Of a stretch of 64,000 nucleotides of DNA, positions 62,501-64,000 are shown piece by piece. This DNA is from an uncultured Chlamydiales bacterium (GTDB lineage Bacteria > Chlamydiota > Chlamydiia > Chlamydiales > Rhabdochlamydiaceae), in contig OY969554.1 of NCBI GenBank assembly GCA_963700985.1, positions 1,824,001-1,888,000 on the forward strand. The letters run 5' to 3'. Within the stretch, counting starts at the first letter, position 1, and every line of letters starts with the position of its first letter. Below the pieces are notes generated by a model that was not told the DNA's origin, ran no database searches, and was given only the letters and a program-made list of their open reading frames with translations. A program made the position numbers and the translations under genes.

Positions 62501-62826
62501 TCAGAGAGAAGCTTATGCAGAATTTCAAAACGTCTACCGACGATGTCGCTACTGGGTGCGATCTCTTCGCCTGGCAGAGTCTCCCACGCAGGAAATTCTA
62601 GCGCTTCACTAAACCCAAAATAAGGGAGATCGTCTAAAAGACGACTCTCACGAGGCTCGCCCGTGATCACTAATAAATTTTTACCGGTGGCTTTTTGCGC
62701 AAGATGGAGGAGACACGCTTTGGGTGCATCCCAGAGATCTTCAATGAGCAGAGAGGGCTCTTTGGCGAGCGCCTTTTGAAAGGCTTCGAGCGCGGGACTG
62801 CGCTCGACAATGTCTAGGAATTGCAC
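59512..62826 (-). CDS. mfd: Transcription-repair coupling factor
   Basis: GEFAIRGG, VVHFHHGIGKF, CGDVGYGKTE, IDEEQRFG, TATPIPRT, QLRGRVGR. Confidence 0.97.
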   Translation of the reverse strand: MQFLDIVERSPALEAFQKALAKEPSLLIEDLWDAPKACLLHLAQKATGKNLLVITGEPRESRLLDDLPYFGFSEALEFPAWETLPGEEIAPSSDIVGRRFEILHKLLSEKKPQLLLCPLQACLQKLPASNRLKSLFKRLKVGDELSFDEFPAFLVSLGYKRAAVVSDKGEFAIRGGLVDLFPVTATQPYRLDFFGNTLDAIRLFDPGSQKSISKVETLFLSPASELDVLKTETAPVTLLEFLGPNTLVVFDDLLAIEDRYVAFKNMPGAASRFFLTFEELMQKVASFQQLFWSKERIEELSEVQVSKRTGRDYYTGKEPFQSLNFSIFGNEVKTKRWQHPFQEIATFFSGAENQAALTAEELLQIVNRAYKSAFQLYFLCATASEERAFKEKMAKEEVIIPEQAIFELNYLSSGFVLADSSAALIPMTEFTHRMRVRRQKWRSVTHIPPSEFHSLAPGDVVVHFHHGIGKFLGTEKRPNHVGQETEFLSLQYAEGSKLYVPIAQSHLVSRYIGAKEELPTFSTLGTTRWQKTRLNAQKAIIGYAQDLLKINAERAIVGGFAFAPDGENMISFESDFPFTETEDQQQAITAVKSDMCSSKAMDRLICGDVGYGKTEVAMRAAFKAVADGGKQVAVLVPTTVLALQHYETFVERMANYPVKVAHISRFSSAKEVKDTLEKVQNGQIDILVGTHRLLSKDIRFKDLGLIIIDEEQRFGVRAKEQLKTLKVGVDCLTLTATPIPRTLYLTLIGAREISTINTPPQDRLPIKSIIVERDNSIIQNALLRELSRDGQAFFVHNRVESIFHITDEIQKLLPQARIVTGHGSMAAEELDTVFHAFKKGSADILVATTIIENGVDIPNANTIIIDRADTFGLADLYQLRGRVGRWNRPAYAYFLVPKQRELSEISRKRLAALMESSGFGGGMKIAMCDLEIRGAGDILGTEQSGQVSAIGFHLYCKLLKRTIDAMSKKNIPTFYETKMEFPFRALFPDNYIAEPSLRMELYHRLGETSSPQEVDAILEEIKDRFGEPPSEVLWLYHLTRLRLFASAHHFILLKFETRTLHVERQVGQEVEKRRLFYKENTNPALLEKEVIASLSQEFQLKVIK

Positions 62827-64000
62827 AACTTTTCTACGTAACGCTTAGCGGTTTCAAAGGCATTGTTTATACCTGAAGGATCTTTTCCTCCAGCTTGGGC
62901 TGAATCGGGTTTTCCACCCCCACTGCCTTTAACAAGGGGCGCAATCTCTTTAATGAGCTCTTGTGCACTAATTTTTTTGGAAGTTAGATCAGGGCTTACT
63001 CTGACAAGCAGCTGACAGCGATCGCTTAGTTTTAGCGCCAGCACGAGAATCATAGATGGTTGCTTACTCATCAAGTCATCGGCAAGCAGCAGCAGGCCTT
63101 CTTGATCCAGGTCGACGATTTCAGCTAGAAAATGCACAGAGCCAATACGCACAGCGCGCTTTGCAAGTGTCTCAGCCAGCTCTTTTAGCGAGCCGCGTTT
63201 TAAAGTTTTCAGCTGTTGGGAAAGCTCCTTGTGCTCATCGAGAAGAGCTGACACTTTGCTTGGAAGAGCAGGCAGCGTAGTTTTAAGAAGAGCCGAAGCT
63301 TGTTGAGCCAAATCTTCATTGTGATAAACGAAATCTTCCGCAGCTTTACCGCAAACGGCTTCAATTCTGCGCACGCCGGCTGCGATGCTGCTCTCTTTTG
63401 TAATGCGCACAAAGCCCAAAGTGCCGACGCTGGTGGTGTGTGTTCCCCCGCATAGTTCCTTGGAATAATCGATATCGATTACGCGCACTTTGCTGCCATA
63501 TTTATCCCCGAAAAACTGCTTGATATCGGGATGTTTCTGCGCCTCTTCATAAGAAAGTTCATACGCTTTAACAGGCGTGTCTTCGCGGATTTTGTCGTTG
63601 ACGATTCGCTCGATTTGGCGCAGCTCTTCATTTGAGAGGGGCTTGTGATGGTTGAAATCAAAACGCAGCCTGTCGGGTTCAACCAGCGAGCCTGCTTGGC
63701 GAATATGTGCGCCTAAGACTTTGAAAAGTGCATAATGCAGCAAGTGGGTGGCAGTGTGGTGGCGTGCGATTTCATTTCGTCTCTTCTGATCAACTTTAGC
63801 CAGCACGGGTTCGCCTAAGATGAGAACGCCGCTTTCAAGCTTGCCGATATGCACGATCACACCAGGATAGGGATTCTGGCAGCTATTTACGATGAAGCGT
63901 GCTTGTTTATGTGAGAGCGTGCCCGTATCGGTGCTCTGACCGCCTTTTTCCGCATAGAAGGGAGTCTTATTCAAGATGACCATGCCCTCTTGTCCTTCAG
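62814..64000 (-). CDS. alaS: Alanine--tRNA ligase, C-terminal part (5' end outside window)
   Basis: TPFYAEKGGQ, HHTATHLLH, RFDFNH, ELCGGTH, GVRRIEA, GGGKPDSAQAGG. Confidence 0.96.
   Translation of the reverse strand, partial: EGQEGMVILNKTPFYAEKGGQSTDTGTLSHKQARFIVNSCQNPYPGVIVHIGKLESGVLILGEPVLAKVDQKRRNEIARHHTATHLLHYALFKVLGAHIRQAGSLVEPDRLRFDFNHHKPLSNEELRQIERIVNDKIREDTPVKAYELSYEEAQKHPDIKQFFGDKYGSKVRVIDIDYSKELCGGTHTTSVGTLGFVRITKESSIAAGVRRIEAVCGKAAEDFVYHNEDLAQQASALLKTTLPALPSKVSALLDEHKELSQQLKTLKRGSLKELAETLAKRAVRIGSVHFLAEIVDLDQEGLLLLADDLMSKQPSMILVLALKLSDRCQLLVRVSPDLTSKKISAQELIKEIAPLVKGSGGGKPDSAQAGGKDPSGINNAFETAKRYVEKLCNS

Noticed and set aside
59623-63682. Antisense and alternate-frame ORFs inside mfd and alaS (and similarly inside other long CDSs)
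   Set aside because: Shadow ORFs of well-supported genes with no independent motifs

Overview
Chromosomal window from an environmental (non-Chlamydiaceae) member of the phylum Chlamydiae, judged from chlamydial-type rRNA, hctA, Inc-like proteins, and also aconitase, HtpG, NadE and EpmA. It opens with a 16S(partial)-23S-5S rRNA operon and contains housekeeping genes (hctA-rlmD-yajC, htpG, nadE, epmA-efp, amn, acnA, mfd, alaS), several candidate effector arrays and a HigBA toxin-antitoxin pair. The main feature is a ~25 kb biosynthetic locus at 24012-49347. It encodes seven nitrile-hydratase-leader (NHLP) precursors with near-identical leaders and divergent 10-12 aa cores, plus an unannotated eighth leaderless core cassette. 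It also encodes a YcaO-TfuA thioamidation pair with its own ThiS/MoaD + MoeB-rhodanese sulfur relay, a ProcM-type (CCG) LanM although only one core has a Cys, and a full NHLP type I export system (two ABC transporters, HlyD, TolC). Embedded in it is a PPTase-thiolase-NRPS block (PCP-Cy-A(Cys)-Ox-PCP-TE, thiazole-forming) bordered by probable IS relics. All calls come from motif reading only; no database searches or computations were run.
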